A stretch of DNA of 64,000 bases, from assembly GCA_029856145.1 (NCBI GenBank), contig JAHQWK010000016.1, forward strand, positions 32,001 through 96,000. The letters are read 5' to 3'. Positions 1 through 9,310 of this stretch are shown here, one piece after another. The notes beneath the pieces are model-generated. The model was not told the origin of the DNA, made no database searches, and saw only the letters and a program-made list of their open reading frames with translations. The stretch comes from Promethearchaeia archaeon (GTDB lineage Archaea > Asgardarchaeota > Lokiarchaeia > Sigyniarchaeales > SOKP01). Within the stretch, counting starts at the first letter, position 1; each line of letters begins with the position of its first letter. Position numbers and translations under genes: made by a program.

Positions 1-742
1 AATATCTATCCCAACGCTCAAATCTAATCTCTGAATTTGGCACATAACTAACAAATTTGAATGGACCAGTCCCTATGGCTAGATCCGTGCCGAGTTCTAA
101 CATCTCATTTACAGGAGTAGAATCAGGATGCACAATTGAACTTGCTGCATAGGCTAATAGTCCTTCAGCAGGAGCAAATGGACCATTTAATACAAGAGTA
201 ACTTCTAAGTTATCAGTTGGATTAACAAAACTGAGAGATTCATTAAAAATTGGTGTTTCATCGGCAAATTTATAAAGAGAGTGTGGAAACGCCATATGAT
301 GAGGATCTGTTAAAGTTCCTGTCCAGTTGCCAAAAAAATTTATTCTTGTAAAGGTATGGATAACACATTCTCCAGTAAGTAATTCACCATCATGGAAATA
401 TACATTTGGTCGTAATTGGAATGTGATATTTGTGCCTAAAGGCGTGCTTTGGAAGTCCCAAGATGAGGCAAGTCTTCCTACAAGTGGAAATTCAGGGTCA
501 GATAAATTTTAAGCGATTAAAGGTTCAACTACCTGACGAAGCATATCATTTGAAACACCGTCCCATGTATCACATGGATCCATGGTAACGGGGTTGGAAA
601 CTGCTGCTATTTTAACTACTTCAAAAGTAGGAATTGGTTTAATTAATCCAAGCATCACAGCCATCATAACGTTTCCAACACCAGAGGCTGCTAATACTAC
701 TGCTAAGATGATTATCGCTAAATTTTTTTTCTCCATTTCCAT
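1..742 (-). pseudogene. ABC transporter substrate-binding protein, family 5 (oligopeptide/dipeptide), 5' part; internal in-frame TAA at 509-511
   Basis: N-terminal TM anchor, 'PVTMDPCDTWD..SNDMLRQVVEPLIA*NLSDP', then the same frame continues 'GRLASSW..ITFQLRPNVYFHDGE..GTGP' towards the window edge. Nonsense mutation or sequencing error. Confidence 0.8.
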
Positions 743-850
743 AATAAATACACGATATATTTTTTTTGATTTTTTGTTAAAAATTTTGTTTTTTTATAAG
801 TAAACCTTTTCAGTTTTTACTTTATTTTTATATGTAAATTATAGATTAAT

Positions 851-974
851 TAAAACACGAAGATCTTTTATTTAAATATTATTCTTAATCTCTTTGGAAA
901 ATCTAGATTCCCTACATATCAAGATATTCTGAAATAATTGATTCTTCCGAATTTTCAAGATATTAGCGAAGAAT
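851..974. repeat. Degenerate direct repeat, copy A (promoter-like region)
   Basis: Ungapped alignment to 1413-1536, about 89/124 identities counted by hand; contains TATTTAAAT. Confidence 0.6.
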
Positions 975-1412
975 TAGGTTTTCCTCCCTAATTCCCATAT
1001 TTCAAAATTCTCCTGATATTGATATGATTTTGATATATAGATATTTCTTCTTGAAGGTATACTTCCAGGAGAATATCTCATATCTCTCAATACGAAAATG
1101 GAAAAGAAGAAAGAGAGAGAATAAATAGGCGGATATAAACAAAACTTTTTCAATACAGTATTATCATTTTTCATATTATTGACGATTTGTGTGATCTATA
1201 ATTTATTTAATAACATAATTAACAAGGTACAATCCTAAGAAAATTATTAAATTGCAAAGACATGAAAGATCTCTACTGATTTCTAAAAATTTAATTCTTC
1301 AATATCCCTATTTATTAACACTCTCTATTTTAATTAGCTTGATAGTATTTTAAATTTTAAAGATGTATTTTTAGAGTTTTACTTCCGTTTAAATTGTTAA
1401 TTTCGTTAGAAT

Positions 1413-1536
1413 TAAATCATGAAGATCATTTATTTAAATCTTCTTTTTGATGTTTTCTTAAAATCTGTTTTTCCAACATTTCTAAATATTAGTATAAAAT
1501 TAATTTTTCCATAGCTTCGAGAAATTAGAGAAAAAT
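1413..1536. repeat. Degenerate direct repeat, copy B
   Basis: Aligns without gaps to 851-974. Confidence 0.6.
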
Positions 1537-1734
1537 GATTCCATTTTGAATTATTCTTTCTTATCAAAATATATTAACACAATAGAAATTTTAAAAAATA
1601 TCAATATCTCCTTCTAGCTTATATGCAAATAAATTAGATTCTAATTTATTGAAATGCCAAACCAATAAATCTTAAAAAAGTTGATATTAAGTATTACATT
1701 AATCAGAACTATAAATATCAAAAAAAGATCTAAT

Positions 1735-2049
1735 ATGAATCACTATATTTTCCTTGTAACTGTACCCAATATAGAAGAAGGTAAAAAAATAGCAAAACTT
1801 TTAGTTGAAAGTAAACTCGCTGCATGCGTAAATATTATTCATAATATTTTATCCATTTATAGATGGAAGGGAGAAATTGAGGAAGACAATGAGTACTTAT
1901 TACTTATTAAAACAATTGAAGAAAATAATAAACTCATAATACAAAAAATTAATGAAATTCACAGTTATGAAACACCAGAATGTATTGGATTTAAAATTGA
2001 AAAAGGTTCTGAAAAATATTTAAACTGGATCACTGAAGTTGTAGAATAA
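1735..2049 (+). CDS. cutA: Divalent-cation tolerance protein CutA
   Basis: 'LVESKLAACVNI..SIYRWKGEIEED.E..LLIKT..IHSYETPE'; ATG at 1735. Confidence 0.95.
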   Translation: MNHYIFLVTVPNIEEGKKIAKLLVESKLAACVNIIHNILSIYRWKGEIEEDNEYLLLIKTIEENNKLIIQKINEIHSYETPECIGFKIEKGSEKYLNWITEVVE

Positions 2050-2072
2050 TACCAAATTTGATTTTTTAAAAC

Positions 2073-2906
2073 ATGACAAGTATTTTTCAAATAGATTGGA
2101 TTTCTGTTGACATTATCATAATTATCTTATTACTTCTATTACTTTTTAGTGTGAAAATGTTCAAAATTACTCATCGATGGCGTTATTCTTTTTCAAATCA
2201 AGCCTTAGAACATATATGCTTCTCGCAAGCGCGTAAAAAATCGAAAAATCAAATATTTTTAACAAAGAAATGGTGTCTGACTAGGAATTCATCTCTTAAA
2301 GAAAACTTTAGTAATCTTCCTCTAATTCTAATATTTAGAACGAATTATAAAAGAAAGCTCTTAAGAGTTTTTACTGAAGGTTTAAGTAGTTATGGTTTTA
2401 ATGTTATAAACATCAAAGCTAAAATCAACCATATTCCAGATAGCAGGATATTGGAAAAAACATTGATTGATGAGTGGAATTCACTTATTTCAGCAATATT
2501 TGATGATTTCAAATTAACAGAAGTTCTGATAAAATCAAAATATATTCTTATAAGTCATTCAAAATCTATTATTTCTTACAAACAAATTTTATCAGGTTCT
2601 GATATTAAGGGTGCTATTTTGATTAATCCAAAGCTAAACAAAAAAATTTCTTCTGATTATTATAATATATTTAAAAATAACTCTATAAATGGTCAAATAT
2701 ATACAATTTTTAGTAGAAAATCAACATTTATCTTTAAAAATAAACATTTAATTAAGTTTTTAAAAGAAATCACTCCTCAAAAAAATAATATTTTAAAGCA
2801 TTTAACCATAGAGAAAGCCACATATTCCTTTAAGTATTACGAAACTATTGTATTAGGCATGATTATTGATATTATAGAGAATAAATTACTAAAATCAAAA
2901 ATCTAA
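2073..2906 (+). CDS. Membrane-anchored hypothetical protein, possible degenerate alpha/beta-hydrolase fold
   Basis: N-terminal TM; 'LSSYGFNVI', 'YILISHSKS', 'IKGAILINP' resemble hydrolase strands. Confidence 0.55.
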   Translation: MTSIFQIDWISVDIIIIILLLLLLFSVKMFKITHRWRYSFSNQALEHICFSQARKKSKNQIFLTKKWCLTRNSSLKENFSNLPLILIFRTNYKRKLLRVFTEGLSSYGFNVINIKAKINHIPDSRILEKTLIDEWNSLISAIFDDFKLTEVLIKSKYILISHSKSIISYKQILSGSDIKGAILINPKLNKKISSDYYNIFKNNSINGQIYTIFSRKSTFIFKNKHLIKFLKEITPQKNNILKHLTIEKATYSFKYYETIVLGMIIDIIENKLLKSKI

Positions 2907-2915
2907 TTTTGAGTT

Positions 2916-3623
2916 ATGAAAAAAGAAAATATCTTAAGAGATCATTTTGAAAAAATAACCTATTCTAAAGAAGATTGGATTCTCTTAAGACAAAAAAGGA
3001 ATTATGCTATTAATTTATTAGATATGTTCGTTAAAGAAGGTTTCAATCCATTTATCCACGGAAGCATTGCCCGTGGCGATATCCATGAAAATAGCGATAT
3101 CGATCTCATCTTTTTTCAACAAATTCCTCCATTTCAAATAGAACTTATTTTAGAAAAAAATGGTTTTAAAAACTATTTTAGAGAAATAATAATGGCTACT
3201 CCCTTAGATTCTATTAAACTTTATATCCATTTAAGTGAATTAGAGAATATTACATTACCTTTATCCAAATTTGAGAAAAAAACAATGGAATTCTATGATT
3301 TTGGGGGAAAAATGGATATGCATCAATTGAAATTGGATGTAAGAGTAACTGGTATCGACAAAAGATTAGTATTAATCAAACCAAATTCTCAAGGGCACGA
3401 AGAAATTTCTATTATTGGCAATGAAGTTAATGCCGCGAAAGAAGTAGGGATTAGTATTAATACATTAAATGAAAGAAAAAAAGTACTTCTAAGAAGAGAA
3501 AAGTATGGAAGAACTGGAGTATTTCTAAAAAGACACCTTCAGATTAATGAAACTACAGAGGAAGTTTTAAAAAAATTAGCAGATAGAAAATCAATCATAA
3601 GAAAAAAATTATTTAAAAAATGA
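2916..3623 (+). CDS. Predicted nucleotidyltransferase (pol-beta fold, conserved archaeal)
   Basis: 'HGSIARGDIHENSDIDL' motif; C-terminal 'GIDKRL..GRTGVF'. Confidence 0.85.
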   Translation: MKKENILRDHFEKITYSKEDWILLRQKRNYAINLLDMFVKEGFNPFIHGSIARGDIHENSDIDLIFFQQIPPFQIELILEKNGFKNYFREIIMATPLDSIKLYIHLSELENITLPLSKFEKKTMEFYDFGGKMDMHQLKLDVRVTGIDKRLVLIKPNSQGHEEISIIGNEVNAAKEVGISINTLNERKKVLLRREKYGRTGVFLKRHLQINETTEEVLKKLADRKSIIRKKLFKK

Positions 3624-4771
3624 AAAAAGTAAAATTAGAAAAATCAAAAGGCGAAACTTACTATATTAAAGGAAAGGGTATTCCTAAAGGATGCAAATAT
3701 TGTTTAAAAGGATCTAAAGTAGTTTTATTTTTAAATGGTATCTGCCAAAAACCAGATCATTGTTCTTGGTACTGTCCAATTTCAGAAGAAAGGAGAGGGA
3801 AAGATATAACATTTGCTGATGAAATACAAATTAAAAATAAAGAAGAATTACTCCAAGAAATTGATATAATTAATGCTCAAGGAATGAGTATTACTGGGGG
3901 AGAACCACTTTCAGAATTAAATCTTGAAAAAACTATTGATTATATTAATTATGTTAAAGCAGCGAAAGGAAAAAAGTTCCACATCCATTTATATACAAAT
4001 GGTATTGATTTTAATGAAAATATTGCTAAAAGACTTTCTCTTGCGGGATTAGATGAAATAAGATTCCACCCTGCAAGAAAACACTGGTTAAATATTAAAA
4101 AGGCTCTAAATAAAAAAATAAGTGTAGGAGCAGAAGTTCCAGTTATCCCAGGAAATAAAAATAAAAAGTATCTTGAGGAATTTATACGTTATTTAGACAA
4201 TATCGGTGTAGATTTTATTAATTTAAATGAATTTGAATTTTGTTTTCCTAATAGTCAGTCACTTAAGGATCGAGGATTCAAATTGAAAAAAGATTCAATT
4301 GCTGCTGTTGTCAATAGTCAAGAAACAGCTTTTAATCTAATTCGAAAATTAGGGACTGAAGTTAATATAAAGATGCATTTCTGTTCAATAAGAGCTAAAG
4401 ATTATCATCAATTGAAGAATAGATATATTCGGAGAGCTAATAATGTTAAATTACCTTATGAAGTAATTACTGAAGAAGGACTTTTACTATATGCACAAAT
4501 TGAAGGAGAAGAAAAAGAACTGGATAAATTTTATGAAAATCTATTATTTGATCTCAAAATTCATGATAAATTGTTATCCTATGAAGAAAAATATATTAGA
4601 ATGCCCTTCTATATTTCAATCGAAGATCATGTCATATCCTTAATAGAAAGATATGAGCTAAAAGGATATATAATAGAAACTTTACCTTTTAGACGTTTAA
4701 AATACAAACAAATAACAGAAAAGACTCCTATAAAAGTATTTAAGAATGAAAATGGTCTTAATGGAAATTAA
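3620..4771 (+). CDS. Radical SAM protein (conserved archaeal family)
   Basis: 'GCKYC..GSKVVLF', Cys cluster CQKPDHCSWYC, 'SITGGEP', 'HIHLYTNG', 'LDEIRFHP'. Confidence 0.85.
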   Translation: MKKVKLEKSKGETYYIKGKGIPKGCKYCLKGSKVVLFLNGICQKPDHCSWYCPISEERRGKDITFADEIQIKNKEELLQEIDIINAQGMSITGGEPLSELNLEKTIDYINYVKAAKGKKFHIHLYTNGIDFNENIAKRLSLAGLDEIRFHPARKHWLNIKKALNKKISVGAEVPVIPGNKNKKYLEEFIRYLDNIGVDFINLNEFEFCFPNSQSLKDRGFKLKKDSIAAVVNSQETAFNLIRKLGTEVNIKMHFCSIRAKDYHQLKNRYIRRANNVKLPYEVITEEGLLLYAQIEGEEKELDKFYENLLFDLKIHDKLLSYEEKYIRMPFYISIEDHVISLIERYELKGYIIETLPFRRLKYKQITEKTPIKVFKNENGLNGN

Positions 4772-5219
4772 AAAGGTAACTTTAAAAGATTTAAAGCGAA
4801 TCGTAAATCTTGAGCAAAAAATTTTTAAAAAGAATGCATTTTCAAAGGATTTAATAAAAAATTTGATTGAAAATAATGCACTCTTTTTAAAATTGGAAAT
4901 TGGTAACGTAAAAAAAAAATTAATTGGTTTTATAATAGTTATAATGGATAAAAAGGATAGAGCCAATATGATTAATTTTCTTATTAAACCAGAATTTCAA
5001 AATAAAGGTTTTGGTTCATATATTCTTCAAAAAACTATAGATAAAATAAAAGATTTAAAGGGAATTAAAAAAATAGTATTAAATGTTCAAATAAGTAATT
5101 CTGCTGCTATTAAATTGTATGAAAAATTTAAATTCAAAAAAAATCCAGCAATTCTTGAAAATTACTATCCATCTGGAGAATCTGCGTTTCTTATGGAATT
5201 GAAATTAGAAATTAACTAA
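4746..5219 (+). CDS. GNAT N-acetyltransferase, RimI/Ard1-like
   Basis: 'PEFQNKGFGS', 'LNVQISNSAAIKLYEK..NYYPSGESAFLM'; the start may be the ATG at 4761. Confidence 0.9.
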   Translation: MKMVLMEIKKVTLKDLKRIVNLEQKIFKKNAFSKDLIKNLIENNALFLKLEIGNVKKKLIGFIIVIMDKKDRANMINFLIKPEFQNKGFGSYILQKTIDKIKDLKGIKKIVLNVQISNSAAIKLYEKFKFKKNPAILENYYPSGESAFLMELKLEIN

Positions 5220-5313
5220 AACTAAAACTTATAAATAAATTCTATTATATTTTTTGTAAATATATCAATTTAATTATTTTACGAGAATTTAAAATAAAAG
5301 GTGTTAAATAAAA

Positions 5314-5466
5314 GTGGCTCCAGCAGATAAAGAACTACAAGAAGAAATTAAAAAAGGCGTTTCACTTCAAAAGGTCGATGAAGCAGAGTTAAAGAAAAGA
5401 GAAGAAGAAAAAAAGAAACGCATGGAAGAATTAGAAAAAGTTAAAGAAGCTTTAGGAGAAAAGTAA
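5314..5466 (+). CDS. Unannotated 50-aa protein with a WH2/actobindin-like motif
   Basis: GTG..TAA gives MAPADKELQEEIKKGVSLQKVDEAELKKREEEKKKRMEELEKVKEALGEK; AAGGTG upstream, T-rich tract downstream. Confidence 0.75.
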   Translation: MAPADKELQEEIKKGVSLQKVDEAELKKREEEKKKRMEELEKVKEALGEK

Positions 5467-5492
5467 ACGGCTTTACATATTTAATAGAGTTA

Positions 5493-5525
5493 GTTTTTAT
5501 CTTTTTTATTTATTTTATTTTTCTT
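5493..5525 (+). terminator. Oligo-T terminator-like tract after the small ORF
   Basis: Several T runs immediately after the stop at 5466. Confidence 0.45.
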
Positions 5526-5618
5526 AGCAATAATCTTCAAGTCAAATTGAATTAAGCTTTTCTTAAATTTTGAATTAATTATAAATAAATAGAATTTTTT
5601 GATGAGTCAGTTTTAGAT

Positions 5619-6692
5619 TTGAAAATTCTCAACATAGATCAAAAACATGGAGAAGTTACAGTTAAGACTGAAAGCCTTAACGATCTGTGGTCATTATATA
5701 ATATTATCATTAAAGATGATCAAGTGTCTTCCCTAACTCAAAGAAGAGTTGTTCTTAAAGAAGGAACTTCAGGCGAGCGTAAATTAATGAAATTAAAACT
5801 CAAAGTTGAATCTGTGTCTTTTCATGAATTTTCAAATCGATTAAGAATAAAAGGTAAAATTTTAGAAGGACCAGAGGATTATGTTAGCTTTGGAACTTAT
5901 CATACATTTAATATAGAAGTTTCTCAAAAGTTAACAATAATTAAAGAAAATTGGTTAAAAAATGAATTAAGAAGACTAAAAGAGACCTCAAAATTCGAAT
6001 CAAACTTTATTACATTAATTATTGGAATTGAAACCGGTTTGGCAACCTTAGCTCTTATCACAAATTTTAGCCATAATAGGATAGCTACAATTAGAAAAAA
6101 CATACCAGGTAAAAGATATAAACAAACTTATAGAAATAAGGCATTAAATGAATTTTTTACAGATATTCAGAAAGTAGTAATAGAAAATATTAAAAACTTG
6201 GAGATAAATTTAATCATTGTATGTGGACCTGGAAATACCAAAGATAATTTTATAAATTTTCTTCAAAAAACACCTAGTTTTGACTTTAAAGGTAAAATTG
6301 AGACTTGTCATGCAAGTTCTGGGACTGAAAGCGCAATTAGAGAAACTCTAAAATCAAAAAAGTTAGATAGTCTTAAAAATAAAATTAAAGTTTTACAAGA
6401 AGCTGAGAAGATAGAAAATATAATGACACAATTTGCCACAGATGCTGATCTTATTGTTATAGGCCTTGATGAGGTGTCTAAAGCTTCTGAAAAAGGAGCA
6501 ATTAAAGAGTTATTGATAGCGGATGTATTAATTAGAGGATCTTCAAAAAAAAATAAACTAAAAATTGAAGAAATTATAACAAGTGTTGAAGATACTGGTG
6601 GAAAAATTAGTATTATGAGCACAGAAAATCTAACTGGAGAACAATTAGTAGGTCTAGGATCAATAATAGGAATTTTACGATATAAACTCTGA
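5619..6692 (+). CDS. pelA: mRNA surveillance protein Pelota (aPelota/Dom34)
   Basis: 'ESLNDLWSLYN', 'FHEFSNRLRIKGKI..G.YHT', 'GPG..K', 'GEQL..LG.I.GILRY'. Confidence 0.95.
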   Translation: MKILNIDQKHGEVTVKTESLNDLWSLYNIIIKDDQVSSLTQRRVVLKEGTSGERKLMKLKLKVESVSFHEFSNRLRIKGKILEGPEDYVSFGTYHTFNIEVSQKLTIIKENWLKNELRRLKETSKFESNFITLIIGIETGLATLALITNFSHNRIATIRKNIPGKRYKQTYRNKALNEFFTDIQKVVIENIKNLEINLIIVCGPGNTKDNFINFLQKTPSFDFKGKIETCHASSGTESAIRETLKSKKLDSLKNKIKVLQEAEKIENIMTQFATDADLIVIGLDEVSKASEKGAIKELLIADVLIRGSSKKNKLKIEEIITSVEDTGGKISIMSTENLTGEQLVGLGSIIGILRYKL

Positions 6693-6700
6693 AAAATCTT

Positions 6701-7735
6701 ATGACTAATGAAATTATTTATGTAGATGAAAACTCGGAGATTCCCTTATTTGGTGTAGATTTTCTTGGCATAATCGATAGAGGGACTAATGTTATTGAAA
6801 TAAAACCTTTAACACTATGTAACTTGAAATGTAAGTATTGTTTTGTAAGTGCTGGAGATTATGATACAAATTTTACTGTCGATCCTAACTATTTAGTTAA
6901 GAAAATAAAAGAAGTTGTTAATATAAAAGGAAATTATAAAATAGAAATTCATTTTGCTCCATATGGAGAAATACTCCTCTACCCAAATTTATTCAATTTA
7001 ATTAGAGAAATTTGGAAAATAAAAGGAATTGAAATTATATCATTACAGACAAATGGGCTATTACTTAATGAAGAGATAATTAGTCAATTAGAAGAAGTTA
7101 AAATAACACGAATAAATATTAGTTTAAATTCACTGCGCTCAGAAAAAGCTAATTACCTATGCAACAATATGAATTATGATTTAGATACTCTATTGAAAAA
7201 TATCTCACGTTTATTGAATACTACAATTGATGTGTTAATCGCCCCTGTCTGGTTTCCAGGAGAAAATGATGAAGATATTGAAGATATCATTAGATTTATC
7301 AAAGATTTAAGGAAAAAGGGCTATTCTGAAAAGAAAATTCAAATAGGCATCCAAAAATATTTGATCTATAAAACAGGTAGAAAATTGAAGAAAATTAGAC
7401 CAAAAAGTTGGGGTTATTTCTATGATCAATTATCCTTTCTTGAAAAGAAGTATAACATCAAATTAAAATTGGGACCATTTGATTTTGGAATTCACAAACG
7501 GAAAACAGCCGCATTCTTGAAAGTACGAAAAAATGACTTATTAAGATTAAAAGTTATTTCTAAAGGGCGATGGAAAAAAGAATATATTGGGAAAATTAAT
7601 ACTAATTTTGGTATCAAGGTACTCTTAAACAAACCAATCATTCAATCTGAAAAATTTATTGGAAAAGATATTAAAGCAAAAATTATAAAAGCTAATTACA
7701 AAGATAATATTTTAACAGCATCCTTTTCAATATAA
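6701..7735 (+). CDS. Radical SAM protein with C-terminal TRAM-like domain
   Basis: 'IPLFG..FLGIIDRGTNVIEIKP..CNLKCKYC', 'SLQTNG', 'IAPVWFPGEND'. Confidence 0.85.
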   Translation: MTNEIIYVDENSEIPLFGVDFLGIIDRGTNVIEIKPLTLCNLKCKYCFVSAGDYDTNFTVDPNYLVKKIKEVVNIKGNYKIEIHFAPYGEILLYPNLFNLIREIWKIKGIEIISLQTNGLLLNEEIISQLEEVKITRINISLNSLRSEKANYLCNNMNYDLDTLLKNISRLLNTTIDVLIAPVWFPGENDEDIEDIIRFIKDLRKKGYSEKKIQIGIQKYLIYKTGRKLKKIRPKSWGYFYDQLSFLEKKYNIKLKLGPFDFGIHKRKTAAFLKVRKNDLLRLKVISKGRWKKEYIGKINTNFGIKVLLNKPIIQSEKFIGKDIKAKIIKANYKDNILTASFSI

Positions 7736-7816
7736 ACTTAAATATTAATAATATTATATTATTCAAAATAAGTAAATCATATATGAAATTTATCAAATAC
7801 TATAAAAACCAATAGA

Positions 7817-8452
7817 GTGGGATTGAAAATGAGTCCAATTATAACCCATGAGGATGAATTAGAACTTGCTAAAATGGAAAAAGAATTAGTCTCCCAATTT
7901 AAGAAATTGGCTAAAGCACAGAATTCACTTATTAGTTCTCAAATTAAATACGCGGAAAATATAACTAAAGCAAATAATATTCGAGAAATGTTAACCCGAA
8001 CTTTTAGAGATGTATTAAAACAAATGCAGACTCTTGCTCGAGAGCATAGATCTAACATTAAAGATGAGGAAGTAAACTTATATAAAGATATAATCTCAAA
8101 AAATGACGATTATGTTAAAGCAAATAATACTTATTTAAATGCGATTAAAGACATTGCAGTACAAAAAGAATATCTAGTGCAAAAAAAAGAAGAATTTGTC
8201 GATGCATTAGCAGAACTCGCTGATAAAAGATCAATAGTGATAAAAAAAGCATTAGATGCTGAGAAAGCGAAAAATAAATTAATTGACGGCGATAAATTAA
8301 ACATCCTCGACCAACAATTAAATGATGTTCAAAGAGATTTTGACAGAGCTCGAGATATATTAATAAAAAAAATATATCAATTTACTGAGGTAAGAGATGA
8401 AATTAATACTCTCTGGATTAAATTAAAAGACACTATTACTGAATTAAGCTAG
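7817..8452 (+). CDS. All-helical coiled-coil protein, possible SNX/Vps5-type BAR domain
   Basis: About 207 aa helical; C-terminal 'KAKNKL..DKLN.L.QQLNDVQRDFDRARD.LIKKIYQF..R' resembles BAR helices 2-3. ATG at 7829. Confidence 0.6.
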   Translation: MGLKMSPIITHEDELELAKMEKELVSQFKKLAKAQNSLISSQIKYAENITKANNIREMLTRTFRDVLKQMQTLAREHRSNIKDEEVNLYKDIISKNDDYVKANNTYLNAIKDIAVQKEYLVQKKEEFVDALAELADKRSIVIKKALDAEKAKNKLIDGDKLNILDQQLNDVQRDFDRARDILIKKIYQFTEVRDEINTLWIKLKDTITELS

Positions 8453-8580
8453 AAAAAACTTTTCTTTTCTTTTATATACTTTATTTAAAAAAATTAATTG
8501 AGCTTAAACTTAAATTTATTAAACTAAAATCTATTAAATTACTAGATAACATAAAAAATTACCAGACTTAAAGAGTTAAT

Positions 8581-9030
8581 ATGTGTGCTGAAGAATTTGC
8601 AAGCTTCTTAGATAGTACTCGAAAAGCACCATTGGAAGAAAAACTAAATGCTTTTGGTGATATTATTGAAAAGATAATGTCTATTATCTTACGCATCCCT
8701 GATTTGGTTGATCAATCCTTAGGCTCAGTAAATGAGAAAGTATCAAATTTACAAAACCAAATTAATTCTCTGAATAGTCAAATAACATCAGGTCAATTAA
8801 GATCTGGAGGTGCTCCAGCAACAGCGACTCTTGCACCAGCTGGTCCAGCGGCAGCACGTGCACCCGGAGGTCCACCTCCACCACCACCTAGTGGTCCACC
8901 CGGAGGTCCACCCGGAGGTCCAGGTCCTGCCCCTACTCCTGCCCGTCCGGCAAGTCCAGTATCACTTAGAGGGGCAATTATGGGAGAATTAAAGAGTCTA
9001 TTTGCTAAGCGTAAGACCCAATCTGGATAA
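8581..9030 (+). CDS. Coiled-coil + polyproline + C-terminal amphipathic-helix protein (WASH/VASP-like architecture)
   Basis: GPPPPPPSGPPGGPPGGP tract; C-terminus 'LRGAIMGELKSLFAKRK'. Confidence 0.8.
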   Translation: MCAEEFASFLDSTRKAPLEEKLNAFGDIIEKIMSIILRIPDLVDQSLGSVNEKVSNLQNQINSLNSQITSGQLRSGGAPATATLAPAGPAAARAPGGPPPPPPSGPPGGPPGGPGPAPTPARPASPVSLRGAIMGELKSLFAKRKTQSG

Positions 9031-9310
9031 GAAGCATTCCCCAACATTAAAAATGATTAATATTCTTTCTAAATTTAAAAATTATAATTCATATTTTAAA
9101 TTTAATACCTAATCTGGTTAAATTTTCTTTTATTATTGAAAAAATTTACCAAATGAATCAAAAATTATGTTAAGAAGGGATTTAGGAAATTATTTAGATT
9201 GTTCTCCAGATAATACGATTTATGATTTAATCCAACAATTAACAACAAAAGAATAAGTAAATATTTGATATTGATTTTTTTAAGAGGATTTTCATTAAAA
9301 TAGTAAATTT

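Noticed and set aside
974-1174. 66-aa minus-strand ORF
   Set aside because: No recognisable motif; lies in AT-rich intergenic DNA between the repeats.
8793-9047. Gly-rich antisense ORF and Q/H-rich alternate-frame ORF (8810-8992)
   Set aside because: Shadows of the GC-rich polyproline coding tract.
9167-9256. 29-codon ORF MLRRDLGNYLDCSPD...
   Set aside because: Too short, no support; at most a gene remnant.
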